Shown here piece by piece: positions 11,051-20,986 of a DNA stretch of 60,049 bases. Numbering within the stretch: position 1 is the first letter of the stretch; the number at the start of each line of letters is the position of its first letter. The stretch spans positions 1 through 60,049 of the forward strand of contig NZ_JMCB01000040.1 of NCBI RefSeq assembly GCF_000737315.1, read 5' to 3'. The position numbers and the translations under genes are program-made. The notes beneath the pieces are model-generated. The model worked only from the letters and a program-made list of their open reading frames with translations. It searched no databases and was not told where the DNA came from. The DNA comes from Hyalangium minutum. Lineage in GTDB: Bacteria > Myxococcota > Myxococcia > Myxococcales > Myxococcaceae.

Positions 11051-14000
11051 TCAGCGCAGGTCGTCTTCGGAGACAGACGGGGAGGCGTCCGCGGGGGCGG
11101 CCTCCGGGCCACCTGCGCCCGAGCCAAGCTGCTGGAAGAGCGGCGGAGGCTCGTCCGCGAGGAACTCGGTGAGCGAGGCCAAGGCCTGCTCGCGCAGGGG
11201 GCTCTTGGTGGTCTCGTAGCACTCGTAGCGCTCGGCGAGGAACTGCTCCTGCCACAGCGGGTGCTGCGCGTAGGGCTCGAGCGCCGCCTGACACAGCCCG
11301 TGCCAGTCCAGCACCTTGGCCAGGGCAAGCCGCACCTTGTGGCGCTGCGTCTCCAGGGCGTAGGCGGCGAAGGGCTGCTCGAAGCGGGCATACAGGCGGC
11401 GGCCCAGCGAGGGCTCCTTCTGCGCCAGCTCCTGCGTGGCCTGCATCAGCAGGCTCGTCACCGTGCGCTGGCCCCAGGGCTCGCGGCGGAGCGCGTCGTA
11501 GGCCTGATCCAGCGCGTTGAAGGCCTCCGTCCACCGGCCCTGGCGCAGCCGCAGCTCGCCGAGCAGCACATCCGCCTCCATGGGCGCCAGCGTCCGCAGC
11601 TGCTCCAGGAAGGGCATCGCGGCTTCGTCGGCCGTCTGCGCCAGCGCGCGGCTCACCATCGTCAGCTCCAGCAGGCCCTTGGGCTGCCACCCGGCCTCGC
11701 GCCACCTGCGCACAGCGCCCGCCGCGTCACCCCGGGAGAGCAGCTCCAGGAACTCGCGGCGCTCCTGCACGGAGCGGGTGAACTTCAGCGGCGGCGTCAG
11801 CAGCAGGTTCTGGGAGGAGGCCGCCGCAAGCATGCGCTGCTGCTCCACGCGCTCCCAGTCCACCGAGCCGCGGCTCACCGTGGGCCGGTTCGCCTGCAGG
11901 GACGAGGCGCCCGCGCGCAGCATTACCCGCAGCGACAGGAACTCCCGGCGGCCCACCGTCCGGGCGATGGCGAACTCCATGAAGGAGCGATCGTCCGTGC
12001 TGATGAGCGCCTCCTGGCCCTCGGCCAGGTTCCGGGTGAGCGCGTCGTTGCCCAGGTAGTGGGCCATCACGCCCTCCAGCTCGTCCGTCTGCCACGCCAC
12101 GAGCGCGGCCTTGCGGAAGGGCTCCTGGGTCAACCGGGCCCGCATCCGGTCCGCGTCGTAGGAGATCGGCGCCTCGGTGGCGATGAGCAGCAGGTCCGCG
12201 CTGTTCGTCTGCCACGTCTCCACCGCCGGGAACACCGAGGCCAGCGTGGCGTAGGCGCTGCGCATCGTCGTGGCGTCAATCTCATACGCCTGGAGCCACT
12301 GGATGAAGATGCCGCCGGGGGCCAGCCGCTGCCGCGCCGCTTGATAGAAGTCCTGGGTGAAGAGGCTGGAGATGCCGGCGCGGTAGGGGTTGGAGGGCTC
12401 GGAGAAGATGATGTCGTACTGCTTCTGCGAGGCGAGCAGCACCTCGCGCGCATCTCCGATGAAGGTGTGCACCTTGGGGTTGGAGAGGACGTTCTGGTTC
12501 ACCGGAGAGCACTGCTCGGCGAACTTGAGGATGGCGGGCTCGATCTCCACCACGTCCACGCGCTCCATGTCCGGAGCCGAGCCCATCCACCCGGCGGTGC
12601 TGCCGGTGCCCAGGCCGATGACGAGCGCCTGCTTCGGCTGCGGGTGCAGCAGCATGCCCACCAGGCCGCTCATGACCTGGGTGGAGGCATCGCCGATGCT
12701 GTTTCCGTCCGACTTGCCGTTCACATAGAACGAGGGCCCATCCACGAGACGGACGCCCACGCTGCTCTCGAGGCCCTCGTACTCCCACTTCATCTCCCGG
12801 CGAGGCGTCTCCAGGAAGGTGCGCAGCGTATTGAGGGTGGGCCGCTCCAGCCGGGCCCGGCCCGCGCCGATGGGGTTGTGGCGCCAGCCCGCGGTGGGGC
12901 CCTCCTGCATCAGCATGACGGCTGCCAGAGCGCCCACAGCGGCGGGCAGCCAGAGCCGGCCGGCCTGCTTCTCCCGCGTCAGCGAGAGCACGAAGGCGCC
13001 GCCCCCCAGCACCAGCAGCAGCGCCACCGCGAGCTTCCACGTTCCGGGCGCCGTCAGCAGCGGCATCAGCCCGAAGCCACCGGCCAGCGAGCCGATGATG
13101 GCGCCCACCGTGTTCCACGCGTACGTGAGGCCCACCTCGCGGCCCACATTCTCCCGGCCGCGGCCCAGCAGTGCCAGGAGCAGAGGGAACTGCACGCCGG
13201 AGATGAAGGCCGCCGGGAAGATGACGAGCGAGGCCACCACGGCCCAGCTCGACACGAGCCCCAGGAAGCCGAATCCCTCGAGCGGCCGGAGCATCATCGC
13301 GAGCACCGCCATGCGGTCTCCCAGCGCATAAGGCAGCGCCATGAAGAGCGCCTCGGCCAGACACGTGAGCGCGAAGCCGCGCAGCGTCGCGGGCCGGTCC
13401 TGTCCCCACGCCGCGTAGGCCGCGCCGCCCAGGCCGATGCCCAGCAGCGCGACGATGAGGATGAGGCCGAAGGTGAAGGTGGAGCCACCCAGCAGCGGGC
13501 TCAGCATCCGGTACCAGACGAGCTCCATCAGCAGGAAGGCGAAGCCCACCGCCGCCGCGGCGCCCAGCACGAACCGGGGCGGCGCCACCCCCACCTGGGC
13601 CTTGGCCACGGAGGCCGCTGCGGGCTCGGCTCCGGAAGCGGTCTCGGGCGCCACCACGGGGGCGGCGGCGGGGACACTCTGCTCCGGCAGCGAGCGCGAG
13701 GCCACGCGGGCGGCCACGGCCACCAGCCCGTTGACGAGACACGCCAGCCACAGCGTCTGCTGGGTGCCGAAGACTTCGAAGAGGAAGAAGGTGGACAGGG
13801 CGGCGCCAGCCACGGCGCCCAGGGTGTTCACGCCATAGAGCACAGCCAGGGCGCGCCGCCGCACGTCATCGGGGGTCTCCGCCGCGCGGGCTGCCGCGGG
13901 CAAGGTGCCCCCCATCAGGACCGTAGGCACGGCGAGCAGCAGCGCGGAGAGCACCAGCCGCACGATGCTGCCACCCACCAGCCCCAGCGACACGGTGCCG

Positions 14001-14305
14001 CCGAGCGCCACATAGACCGTGCGGGCCAGCCACACCAGGGCCGGGGTCAGCGCCGCGCTCACGGCGATGAGGGCCTCCAGGTTGCCGTAGAGCTCCAGGG
14101 GACGGCGGTGCTTGTCGGCGCGAGAGCCCAGCAGCGCTCCGCCCAAGCCGAGGCCGGCCATGAAGATGGCGAGCACCGCCGCCGAGGCCGCGGTGGAGGC
14201 GCCGAAGATGAGCCGGAGCTCTCGCTGCCACGCGGTCTGGTAGATCAATGCGCACAGCCCCGAACCGAACAGGAACGGGGCGATCTTCAGGGCACGGGCA
14301 TTCAT
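11051..14305 (-). CDS. Fused MFS-like membrane / spermidine-synthase-like methyltransferase protein
   Basis: N-terminal multi-TM region (FLFGSGLCALIYQ, LYGVNTLGA); LVIGLGTGST, VEIEP, DAR, EPSNP, SLFTQDFY motifs; helical TPR-like tail. Confidence 0.88.
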   Translation of the reverse strand: MNARALKIAPFLFGSGLCALIYQTAWQRELRLIFGASTAASAAVLAIFMAGLGLGGALLGSRADKHRRPLELYGNLEALIAVSAALTPALVWLARTVYVALGGTVSLGLVGGSIVRLVLSALLLAVPTVLMGGTLPAAARAAETPDDVRRRALAVLYGVNTLGAVAGAALSTFFLFEVFGTQQTLWLACLVNGLVAVAARVASRSLPEQSVPAAAPVVAPETASGAEPAAASVAKAQVGVAPPRFVLGAAAAVGFAFLLMELVWYRMLSPLLGGSTFTFGLILIVALLGIGLGGAAYAAWGQDRPATLRGFALTCLAEALFMALPYALGDRMAVLAMMLRPLEGFGFLGLVSSWAVVASLVIFPAAFISGVQFPLLLALLGRGRENVGREVGLTYAWNTVGAIIGSLAGGFGLMPLLTAPGTWKLAVALLLVLGGGAFVLSLTREKQAGRLWLPAAVGALAAVMLMQEGPTAGWRHNPIGAGRARLERPTLNTLRTFLETPRREMKWEYEGLESSVGVRLVDGPSFYVNGKSDGNSIGDASTQVMSGLVGMLLHPQPKQALVIGLGTGSTAGWMGSAPDMERVDVVEIEPAILKFAEQCSPVNQNVLSNPKVHTFIGDAREVLLASQKQYDIIFSEPSNPYRAGISSLFTQDFYQAARQRLAPGGIFIQWLQAYEIDATTMRSAYATLASVFPAVETWQTNSADLLLIATEAPISYDADRMRARLTQEPFRKAALVAWQTDELEGVMAHYLGNDALTRNLAEGQEALISTDDRSFMEFAIARTVGRREFLSLRVMLRAGASSLQANRPTVSRGSVDWERVEQQRMLAAASSQNLLLTPPLKFTRSVQERREFLELLSRGDAAGAVRRWREAGWQPKGLLELTMVSRALAQTADEAAMPFLEQLRTLAPMEADVLLGELRLRQGRWTEAFNALDQAYDALRREPWGQRTVTSLLMQATQELAQKEPSLGRRLYARFEQPFAAYALETQRHKVRLALAKVLDWHGLCQAALEPYAQHPLWQEQFLAERYECYETTKSPLREQALASLTEFLADEPPPLFQQLGSGAGGPEAAPADASPSVSEDDLR

Positions 14306-14589
14306 ACGGTTCTCTCGTCTGAGCGCGCCGTCGGGGGCCCCTCCGGGGGGACTCGGGGCGCGCTGGGGCGCGGATTAAACCGCAGCCCCCTCGACTCGGC
14401 CATAAACGTCCGCACGCATTCCCGGAGGGCACGCGAGCGGCCGGGCCCCCTCCCCTGCTTCCGCTGGCCGAGGTGCGTGCCCCGGCTCCCCCTTGCGGGC
14501 TCGGCTCGTCGGCTGCTCTCCTCTGGACGGGGACGCGGCGCGTGGTTATATGCCGCCCTGTTCGATGGGCTTAGGAGAGCGCATCGGGC

Positions 14590-14632
14590 CCGGACGAGAG
14601 GTGCGCCGTACCCGGTCACGACAAGACGACGC
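14590..14632 (+). ncRNA. Guanidine-III (ykkC-III) riboswitch
   Basis: CCGGACGAGAGGTGCGCCGTACCCGGTCACGACAAGACGACGC closely follows the known ykkC-III pattern (CCGG/CCGG P1, GCGCCGT/ACGACGC pseudoknot) and sits just before the SD (AAGGAG) of an SMR gene. Confidence 0.85.
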
Positions 14633-14651
14633 CTACTGAAGGAGTGCTGTC

Positions 14652-14978
14652 ATGTCGTGGGTTCTCCTGGTCGTCGCCGGGTTGCTGGAGGTCTGCTGGG
14701 CCATCGGCCTCAAGTACACCGATGGTTTCTCCAAGCTCCTCCCCAGTCTCTTCACCGTCACCGCCCTCATCGCCAGCATCGGCTTGCTTGCGCTCGCAGC
14801 CCGAAGCCTGCCCATCGGCACCGCCTACGCTGTATGGGTGGGAATCGGGGCCTTGGGCGCGGCCATTCTTGGCATCGTGCTCTTCCGCGAGCCGGTCACC
14901 GGGTCGCGCCTCTTCTTCCTCGCGCTGCTCTTCATCTCCATCGTTGGACTGAAGCTCACCAGCGGTGACGGACGCTGA
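14652..14978 (+). CDS. sugE: SMR-family exporter (Gdx/SugE type)
   Basis: 108 aa, four TM; WxxLxxAGLLEVxWAIGLKY, LPIGTAYAVWVGIG. Confidence 0.92.
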   Translation: MSWVLLVVAGLLEVCWAIGLKYTDGFSKLLPSLFTVTALIASIGLLALAARSLPIGTAYAVWVGIGALGAAILGIVLFREPVTGSRLFFLALLFISIVGLKLTSGDGR

Positions 14979-15125
14979 CGGCGTCGCGCATCCCAGCATC
15001 CGCCAGGCGCCGGACGTGTGTCTTCCCCTGACCGGGAACTGACACCTGGCTTATGCGATGCAGGCCTTGGAACAGGACCGCGACGATGGGGCGTTATCTC
15101 CTGTCCCGTCTTGCCGCGGTTGCGT

Positions 15126-16190
15126 TTAGAGGGGAACCGTGGTGCAGCAGCCTGACTTCGCGCAACGCAGGTAGCCCTGGGAGACACAGGCCGAGTCTTC
15201 AGTACATGAGGGTCCCTGGTTCGGGCTGCTGCACTTGCCGCCCGTCCCACTGGAACTGGAGCCGCCGGAGGAGCACTGGCCCGCAGCCTGGATCGTCACG
15301 TTCTGGCAATGATTAACGAAACAGCCGTTGTCGTAAGCGGACTGCGTCGTGTTGTTCGGGCAGGCGGTCCGGACTTGGGATGGGACCGAACCGAGGCCCG
15401 TGTTCTTCAGGCAGATGCCCACCTGCGTGAGGTTGCAGTTCGAGTCGCAACTGAGCACGACGGACTCGGGGGAGCCAAAGGCAGCCCGCAGCTCCGTGGC
15501 TGACACCGTGCCGCCCACGTTTTGCGCCAGCAGCGCCGGGGTCCCCTGGTCACCGGGCAGGGCCTTCAGCTCGGTGATGGCCGAGGAGAAGTAGGTGCCG
15601 GAGTCCAGGCCCGTGCAGCTCCCGTGCTTGGGCCACTCATGGTCCGCCAGGAAGTCGTTATCGGACACGTAGCCGGGACCATAGATTTTCATGGCCTCTG
15701 GAATGGTGGAGGGATCCGGGAAGCAGCCGGACGGAGGGTTCTTCGAGGTGCAGGAGCCGTAGGGGGCGCAGTACTGGGGCCAGGCGTATTGGGACCCTGC
15801 CTGCTGGGCTTCCGCATCCGTGTAGCTCGGCCAGAGGCCGTGGATCGTCAGATGGGTGGCTCCAAAACTGCCACTCAAACCCTGGCACTCCTCCTTGTCC
15901 GGGTGGCCACAGCAGAAGTTGGGAGCCCAGGAAAGTGCCAGCAGATAGAACCCAAAGGGGACCGCCGTGCCGGGGCCGCCGTTGGGGCTGCCCGCGGCGT
16001 TCGCCCCGTTGGGCGTGATTCCGGACGCAAGGGGACGCAGGTTGAACTCCTCGGCCACCTTGTCAGGAGCCGCGCGGACGGACGAGGCGGCCGGATTCTT
16101 CGGCTGTGAGGCCTCGGAGGGCGCGGGCGTCGTACGGACGCAGGCGGACCACAGGCTGACCAGGACAAGACTTGGGACGATGCGCCGCAT
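15126..16190 (-). CDS. Secreted ribonuclease T2-family lipoprotein with Cys-rich C-terminal tail
   Basis: CAS I TIHGLWP and CAS II HEWPKHGSC; LSWAPNFC; signal/lipobox SLWSAC. Confidence 0.9.
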   Translation of the reverse strand: MRRIVPSLVLVSLWSACVRTTPAPSEASQPKNPAASSVRAAPDKVAEEFNLRPLASGITPNGANAAGSPNGGPGTAVPFGFYLLALSWAPNFCCGHPDKEECQGLSGSFGATHLTIHGLWPSYTDAEAQQAGSQYAWPQYCAPYGSCTSKNPPSGCFPDPSTIPEAMKIYGPGYVSDNDFLADHEWPKHGSCTGLDSGTYFSSAITELKALPGDQGTPALLAQNVGGTVSATELRAAFGSPESVVLSCDSNCNLTQVGICLKNTGLGSVPSQVRTACPNNTTQSAYDNGCFVNHCQNVTIQAAGQCSSGGSSSSGTGGKCSSPNQGPSCTEDSACVSQGYLRCAKSGCCTTVPL

Positions 16191-16329
16191 GGGAGGCCCC
16201 CAGAGGTGAAAGCGCGGTCACCGTGACGGGTCCGCGCGGAAGTGAGACTCTTGGCAAAACCAGGCCATACAGGCAATTGATTTGTTGAAAAAGCACCACT
16301 AATGTCCCGCCCTTTTCATCGAGGACTTC

Positions 16330-19300
16330 ATGGCCAAGCAAGTGTCGTTTTTCCTCAATGGCAGGCCCGTCACCATCGAGGACCCGTCACCGGAGCTGCT
16401 GCTGATTGATTATCTGCGCTCTCCCGAGGTCGCGCTGGCGGGCCCGAAGAAGCCCTGCGGACAGGGCGGATGCGGTGGCTGTACCGTCATCCTCTCGAAT
16501 TGGAACGAGAAGGAGCGCCACGCCGAGCATCGCGCCATCAACTCCTGCCTGCGCCCGGTGCTGGCGCTGGAAGGCCTGGTGGTGACGACGGTGGAGGGCA
16601 CGGGCGCCGCGCGGCGGCCGAACCCCAGGAACCTGTCCCACTCCGCCCTCTACTCCCGCGGGGGCGCGCTGCCAGAGCTGCAGACCCTACCCCAGCCGGC
16701 GGTGGTGGAAGCTCAGCAGGCGGCCAACAAAAAGCGCCTGGAGGTGATCGCCCGCGTCAACAAGGCCCAGCCCCAGACCCTGACCGCGGAGCTTCGGCAG
16801 GAGGTGCCGATCCACCCCACGGAGTTCTCGCACGAGGGCATGAACCCGGTGGCCCACCGGCTGGCGATGAACAACGGCACGCAGTGCGGCTACTGCACCG
16901 TGGGCTTCGTGATGAACATGTCGGAGTTCATCACCAACCACCCCAAGGCCACCAAGCGCGAGATCGAGGAGATCTTCGACGGCAATCTGTGCCGCTGCAC
17001 GGGCTACCGCTCCATCCTCACCGGGATGAAGACCTTCGCCTCCGACTGGACGAAGGAGGACGCAGAGAACCGGATGGAGTGCCTGCCGGATGACTACGCC
17101 GCGCACCAGGTCCCCGCCCCACGCGTCGTGATTCCGTTCCCGCCCGCGGCGCAGGTGGCTGCCAGCGGCGTGTCACTGGACGACGGCGCGCGCGTGTGGC
17201 GCACCCCCACCAGCCTGGTGGAGCTGGCCCGCCTCATGCGCCAGTTCCAGGGAAAGAAGGTGCGCCTGGTCCACTCCAACACCGCCTACGGCATCTACAA
17301 AGAAGAGTACCTGGAGGCGGATATCTACCTGGACATCCGGTCCATCCCGGAGCTGAACGCGGAGCCCAAGGAGACGGAGGGCGGGCTGCGCGTCGGGGCT
17401 GGAATGAACTACAGCGAGTTCATCCGGGTGCTGGAGCGCACGATGCTCTCCGTGGGCGAGGCCCAGGCCCGGAAGCACGAGGAGACGGACTACCCGGAGA
17501 CGACGCGGCTGGGGGCCACGCGCTTCATGGCGCGTCGGACCGCCGGGCGGATCGTCCGCAACGCGGCGTCGCTGGGCGGCAACACGATGCTGGTGCTCAA
17601 GCACATGGCCGAGGGCACCGGCGAGCCGTTCCCGTCGGATGTGTTCACGGTGCTGGCCGCCATCGACGCGCAGATCGAGTACCTGGACACGCAGGAAGGC
17701 GAGGCAGCCCAGCCGCGGCGCGCCACGGCCCTGGAGCTGGTGGAGCAGGTCATCGCCAACCCCAAGCTGGCGGACAGCATCGTGCTGCTGGCCTACCACG
17801 TGCCGTTCGGCAAGGAGAACGAAGTCGTCCTGGCGCAGAAGGTGGCGCTGCGAGACGTGAATGCGCACAGCATCCTCAACGGGGCCAGCCGGCTGCAGCT
17901 GTCGAAGTCGCTGGAAGTAGAAGAGGCGGTGGTGGTGTTCGGAGGCATTGCTCCCTACCCGTGGCGCGCCCGGAAGACGGAGCAAGCGCTGAAGGGCAAG
18001 ACACTGTCATTGGCGGCCGTCCCAGCGCTGGCCAAGAGCTTGGCCGACGAGGTGGGCGTGGAGCTGACGCGCTGGTCCCTGCGCATGCAGGGGCTGCCGT
18101 CGGAGGGCTTCACGAATGAGTACCGGATGCAGCTGGCCACGGCGTTCCTCTACAAGGCCGTGGTGAAGACGCTGCTGGAGCGGGGCGGCGAGGTCCCTCA
18201 TGCGCTCCAATCGGCGGGGGAGATCAAATGGGGCAATTGGGGAGTCAGCGACGGCACGCAGGATTACAAGCCCCAGCCCTACAAGGCGCCCGTCGCGCAG
18301 CCCTACATCAAGGACACGGCGATGCAGCAGGCCTCCGGGCAGTTGCACTACACCCATGAGCTGCCGGTCCCTCCGAGGACCCTCAACGCCTCCTTCGTCC
18401 TGAGCCGGCGGGCTCTGGCCACCTTCCACTTCATCATCCCTGGCAGTGACGAGGCTGCCAGCGCGGGCGATCTGCGCAAGCACCTCTCGAGCCGCTACGG
18501 TGGCTTCGTCGATCTCATCACCGCCGAGGTCTTCAAGGACGGTGGGATCAACAATCAGGGCATGGGGGCCGACCAGCCGCTCTTCGCCGCTGGCGAGGTG
18601 AATTATGTGGGCCAGTCCATCGCGCTGGTGTTGGCGAGAACGGAGCAGGAGGCCGAGCGCATCGCCGGGTACGTCACCGAGCGCTGCATCGGCTACGCTC
18701 CGGTCAAGCCCGAGTCGAGGCTGCAGCTTCGCTCGCTGAAGCAGTCCCCGACTTGGTGGTCGGAGCCGGTGTTGACCCTCGATGATGCCATCCGCCTGGG
18801 GAGCGTCTACCCGGACTACCCCACCCAGTCACCCTCCGTGTCACACATCTGGAAGGTGACGCGAAACGGGAGCCGGTTCGACTGGGTCACTCCCAAGGAC
18901 ACACCGGAGCAGCGGATCGACCGGACGATCGTCAACCGGACAGGGACGCTGGACGGCATCTCCTGCCAGATCGTCGAGAGCACGCAGACGTGCGGGGGCC
19001 AGGCGCACTTCTACATGGAGACGCAGGCAGCGATCGCCGAGCCCCTGGACAACCATCGCATGCTCATCCGGCCCTCCTCGCAGAGCCCCAGTTCCATGCA
19101 CCAGACCACTGCCATGGCGCTGGGCGCGAGCTACAACAGCATCGAAGTGCAGGTCCCTCCGGTGGGCGGTGGCTTCGGCGGCAAGACGGAGCAGGCCCGC
19201 TTCGTGGCGGGGGCGGCGGCCATCGCCGCGCAGGCCACCAAGCGGCCGGTGCGCCTGGTCCTGTCTCGCGAGCAGGATACGGCGATGATTGGCAAGCGCC

Positions 19301-20952
19301 ACGCCTACTTCGCCCAGTACCAGATCGCCATCGACCGGGGCGAGGTGAACCCGAAGGACAAGGGCCTCATCCGCGGGTTGCTCAACAAGATGTGGGGCGA
19401 TGGCGGCGCTTTCTACGACTGCTCCTTCGTCGTCTCCAACTGCATCCAGACGCGCTCGGATAACGCCTACCGGATCGCCAACTTCGAGTCGCAGATCGAC
19501 GTGTGCCGGACGAACACTGCGCCGAGCACCGCGTTCCGATCATTCGGAGACGTGCAGGGCAAGCTGATGCTGGAGAACGCGGTGGACGACGCGGCCTTCT
19601 CCATCGGCATGCTGCCGGAGGACGTGCGCGAGAAGAACCTCTACGAGCGAGGGGATGTAACGCCGTTCGGGCAGCCGCTGTCGTACTGCTACATGCGCCA
19701 GGTCTGGGCGTACCTGAAGCAGAAGAGCCATTACGAGGCGAAGCGCCAGCAAGTGGACGCGTTCAACGCGGCCAACCGCTGGCGCAAGCAGGGGCTGGCG
19801 ATGATGCCCGTGAAGTACGGCTCGGGCTACAACCTGGCGATGCTGGAGCAGGCAGCCGCGGTCGTCTCGGTGTACCACGGCGACGGCACCATCATCATCC
19901 ACCAGGGCGGCGTAGAGATGGGGCAAGGCCTGCTGACGCAGGTCCGTCAGATCGCCTCCTACGTGCTCAACGTGCCCATGGACAAGATCCAGGTCGAGGC
20001 GGCCAGGACGGCCGTCGTTCCCAATCCCACCGGCACCGGGGCGTCGACGGGAACGGCCTATAACGGCGAGGCGGTCAAGCGCACGTGCCAGGATCTGGCC
20101 TCGCGGCTGATGGCCTTCGGCTACGAGCTGCTGAAGGAGCAAGGCAACGATTGGTGCCACAGCCGGAACATCGACTTCTGGAACTACGGTGAGGCGGGCT
20201 GGAGCACCGAGGTGGACAACAACGGGACCAAGAAGCTCATCTGGCAGAACCTGGTGGCCATGGCCTACCAGTACCGCGTGGGCCTGACGGCCACCTTCAC
20301 CGCGCCCATCCCGGGAGGCGAGACGCCCATGCCGGCGCTCACCTACAAGCCGCTCGAGCTGCAGCCGGAGCTCCCCGGCTACAAGGCGAGCTCGACGGGC
20401 AAGCCCGGCGGATACGACTCGTTCCCGGGCTTTACCTACTCGGCCGCGTGCTCGGTGGTGGAGGTGGACATCCTGACGGGCGAGGTGAAGGTGTTGAGCG
20501 CGGACATCGTCTACGACATGGGCTGGAGCCTGAACCCGGCCATTGACGTGGGCCAGGTGGAGGGCGCCTTCGTCCAGGGGCTCGGCTACGTGCTGTCCGA
20601 GAAGCTGGCCTTCGAGCCGAGTGGGCCGGAGGCCGGACGCCTCAACTCGGTGAACACCTGGCGCTACAAGCCACCGGCCGTGACCAGCATCCCGCTGGAG
20701 CTGAACGTGTCCCTGTTCCCGCGCGACTCAGTGGACGTGCCGGCGAGCCCCACCGAAGGCATCTTCTCCTCGAAGGAGATTGGCGAGCCGCCGCTGGTAC
20801 TGGCCACCAGTGTGTTTCTGGCGGTGAAGGCGGCCATCCGCGCCTCGCGCCTGGAGCGCAAACTCGACGGCCTGTTCCGCTTCGACGCTCCGGCCACTGT
20901 GCAGGAGGTGCGCAGGGCCTGCGAGGTGAGTGAGAACGATCTCAAGGTGTAA
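16330..20952 (+). CDS. Single-chain xanthine oxidoreductase/aldehyde oxidase-like molybdoflavoprotein (2x[2Fe-2S], FAD, Moco)
   Basis: CGQGGCGGC, QCGYC, GNLCRCTGY; RNAASLGGN; GGQAHFYME, GGGFGGK, AFRSFG, GGVEMGQG, GEPP. Confidence 0.93.
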   Translation: MAKQVSFFLNGRPVTIEDPSPELLLIDYLRSPEVALAGPKKPCGQGGCGGCTVILSNWNEKERHAEHRAINSCLRPVLALEGLVVTTVEGTGAARRPNPRNLSHSALYSRGGALPELQTLPQPAVVEAQQAANKKRLEVIARVNKAQPQTLTAELRQEVPIHPTEFSHEGMNPVAHRLAMNNGTQCGYCTVGFVMNMSEFITNHPKATKREIEEIFDGNLCRCTGYRSILTGMKTFASDWTKEDAENRMECLPDDYAAHQVPAPRVVIPFPPAAQVAASGVSLDDGARVWRTPTSLVELARLMRQFQGKKVRLVHSNTAYGIYKEEYLEADIYLDIRSIPELNAEPKETEGGLRVGAGMNYSEFIRVLERTMLSVGEAQARKHEETDYPETTRLGATRFMARRTAGRIVRNAASLGGNTMLVLKHMAEGTGEPFPSDVFTVLAAIDAQIEYLDTQEGEAAQPRRATALELVEQVIANPKLADSIVLLAYHVPFGKENEVVLAQKVALRDVNAHSILNGASRLQLSKSLEVEEAVVVFGGIAPYPWRARKTEQALKGKTLSLAAVPALAKSLADEVGVELTRWSLRMQGLPSEGFTNEYRMQLATAFLYKAVVKTLLERGGEVPHALQSAGEIKWGNWGVSDGTQDYKPQPYKAPVAQPYIKDTAMQQASGQLHYTHELPVPPRTLNASFVLSRRALATFHFIIPGSDEAASAGDLRKHLSSRYGGFVDLITAEVFKDGGINNQGMGADQPLFAAGEVNYVGQSIALVLARTEQEAERIAGYVTERCIGYAPVKPESRLQLRSLKQSPTWWSEPVLTLDDAIRLGSVYPDYPTQSPSVSHIWKVTRNGSRFDWVTPKDTPEQRIDRTIVNRTGTLDGISCQIVESTQTCGGQAHFYMETQAAIAEPLDNHRMLIRPSSQSPSSMHQTTAMALGASYNSIEVQVPPVGGGFGGKTEQARFVAGAAAIAAQATKRPVRLVLSREQDTAMIGKRHAYFAQYQIAIDRGEVNPKDKGLIRGLLNKMWGDGGAFYDCSFVVSNCIQTRSDNAYRIANFESQIDVCRTNTAPSTAFRSFGDVQGKLMLENAVDDAAFSIGMLPEDVREKNLYERGDVTPFGQPLSYCYMRQVWAYLKQKSHYEAKRQQVDAFNAANRWRKQGLAMMPVKYGSGYNLAMLEQAAAVVSVYHGDGTIIIHQGGVEMGQGLLTQVRQIASYVLNVPMDKIQVEAARTAVVPNPTGTGASTGTAYNGEAVKRTCQDLASRLMAFGYELLKEQGNDWCHSRNIDFWNYGEAGWSTEVDNNGTKKLIWQNLVAMAYQYRVGLTATFTAPIPGGETPMPALTYKPLELQPELPGYKASSTGKPGGYDSFPGFTYSAACSVVEVDILTGEVKVLSADIVYDMGWSLNPAIDVGQVEGAFVQGLGYVLSEKLAFEPSGPEAGRLNSVNTWRYKPPAVTSIPLELNVSLFPRDSVDVPASPTEGIFSSKEIGEPPLVLATSVFLAVKAAIRASRLERKLDGLFRFDAPATVQEVRRACEVSENDLKV

Positions 20953-20986
20953 CGCAGCCATCCGCTACAACTCAGGAAGATACAAC

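Noticed and set aside
11261-14968. 1235-aa plus-strand ORF, and similar long shadow ORFs (e.g. 6076..7596, 22854..25076, 29468..31435, 49582..51507)
   Set aside because: Antisense or alternate-frame shadows of well-supported genes in high-GC DNA; no protein motifs
16330-20952. Calling the gene xdh (canonical xanthine dehydrogenase)
   Set aside because: Glu802 and Arg880 equivalents appear substituted, so no gene symbol was assigned
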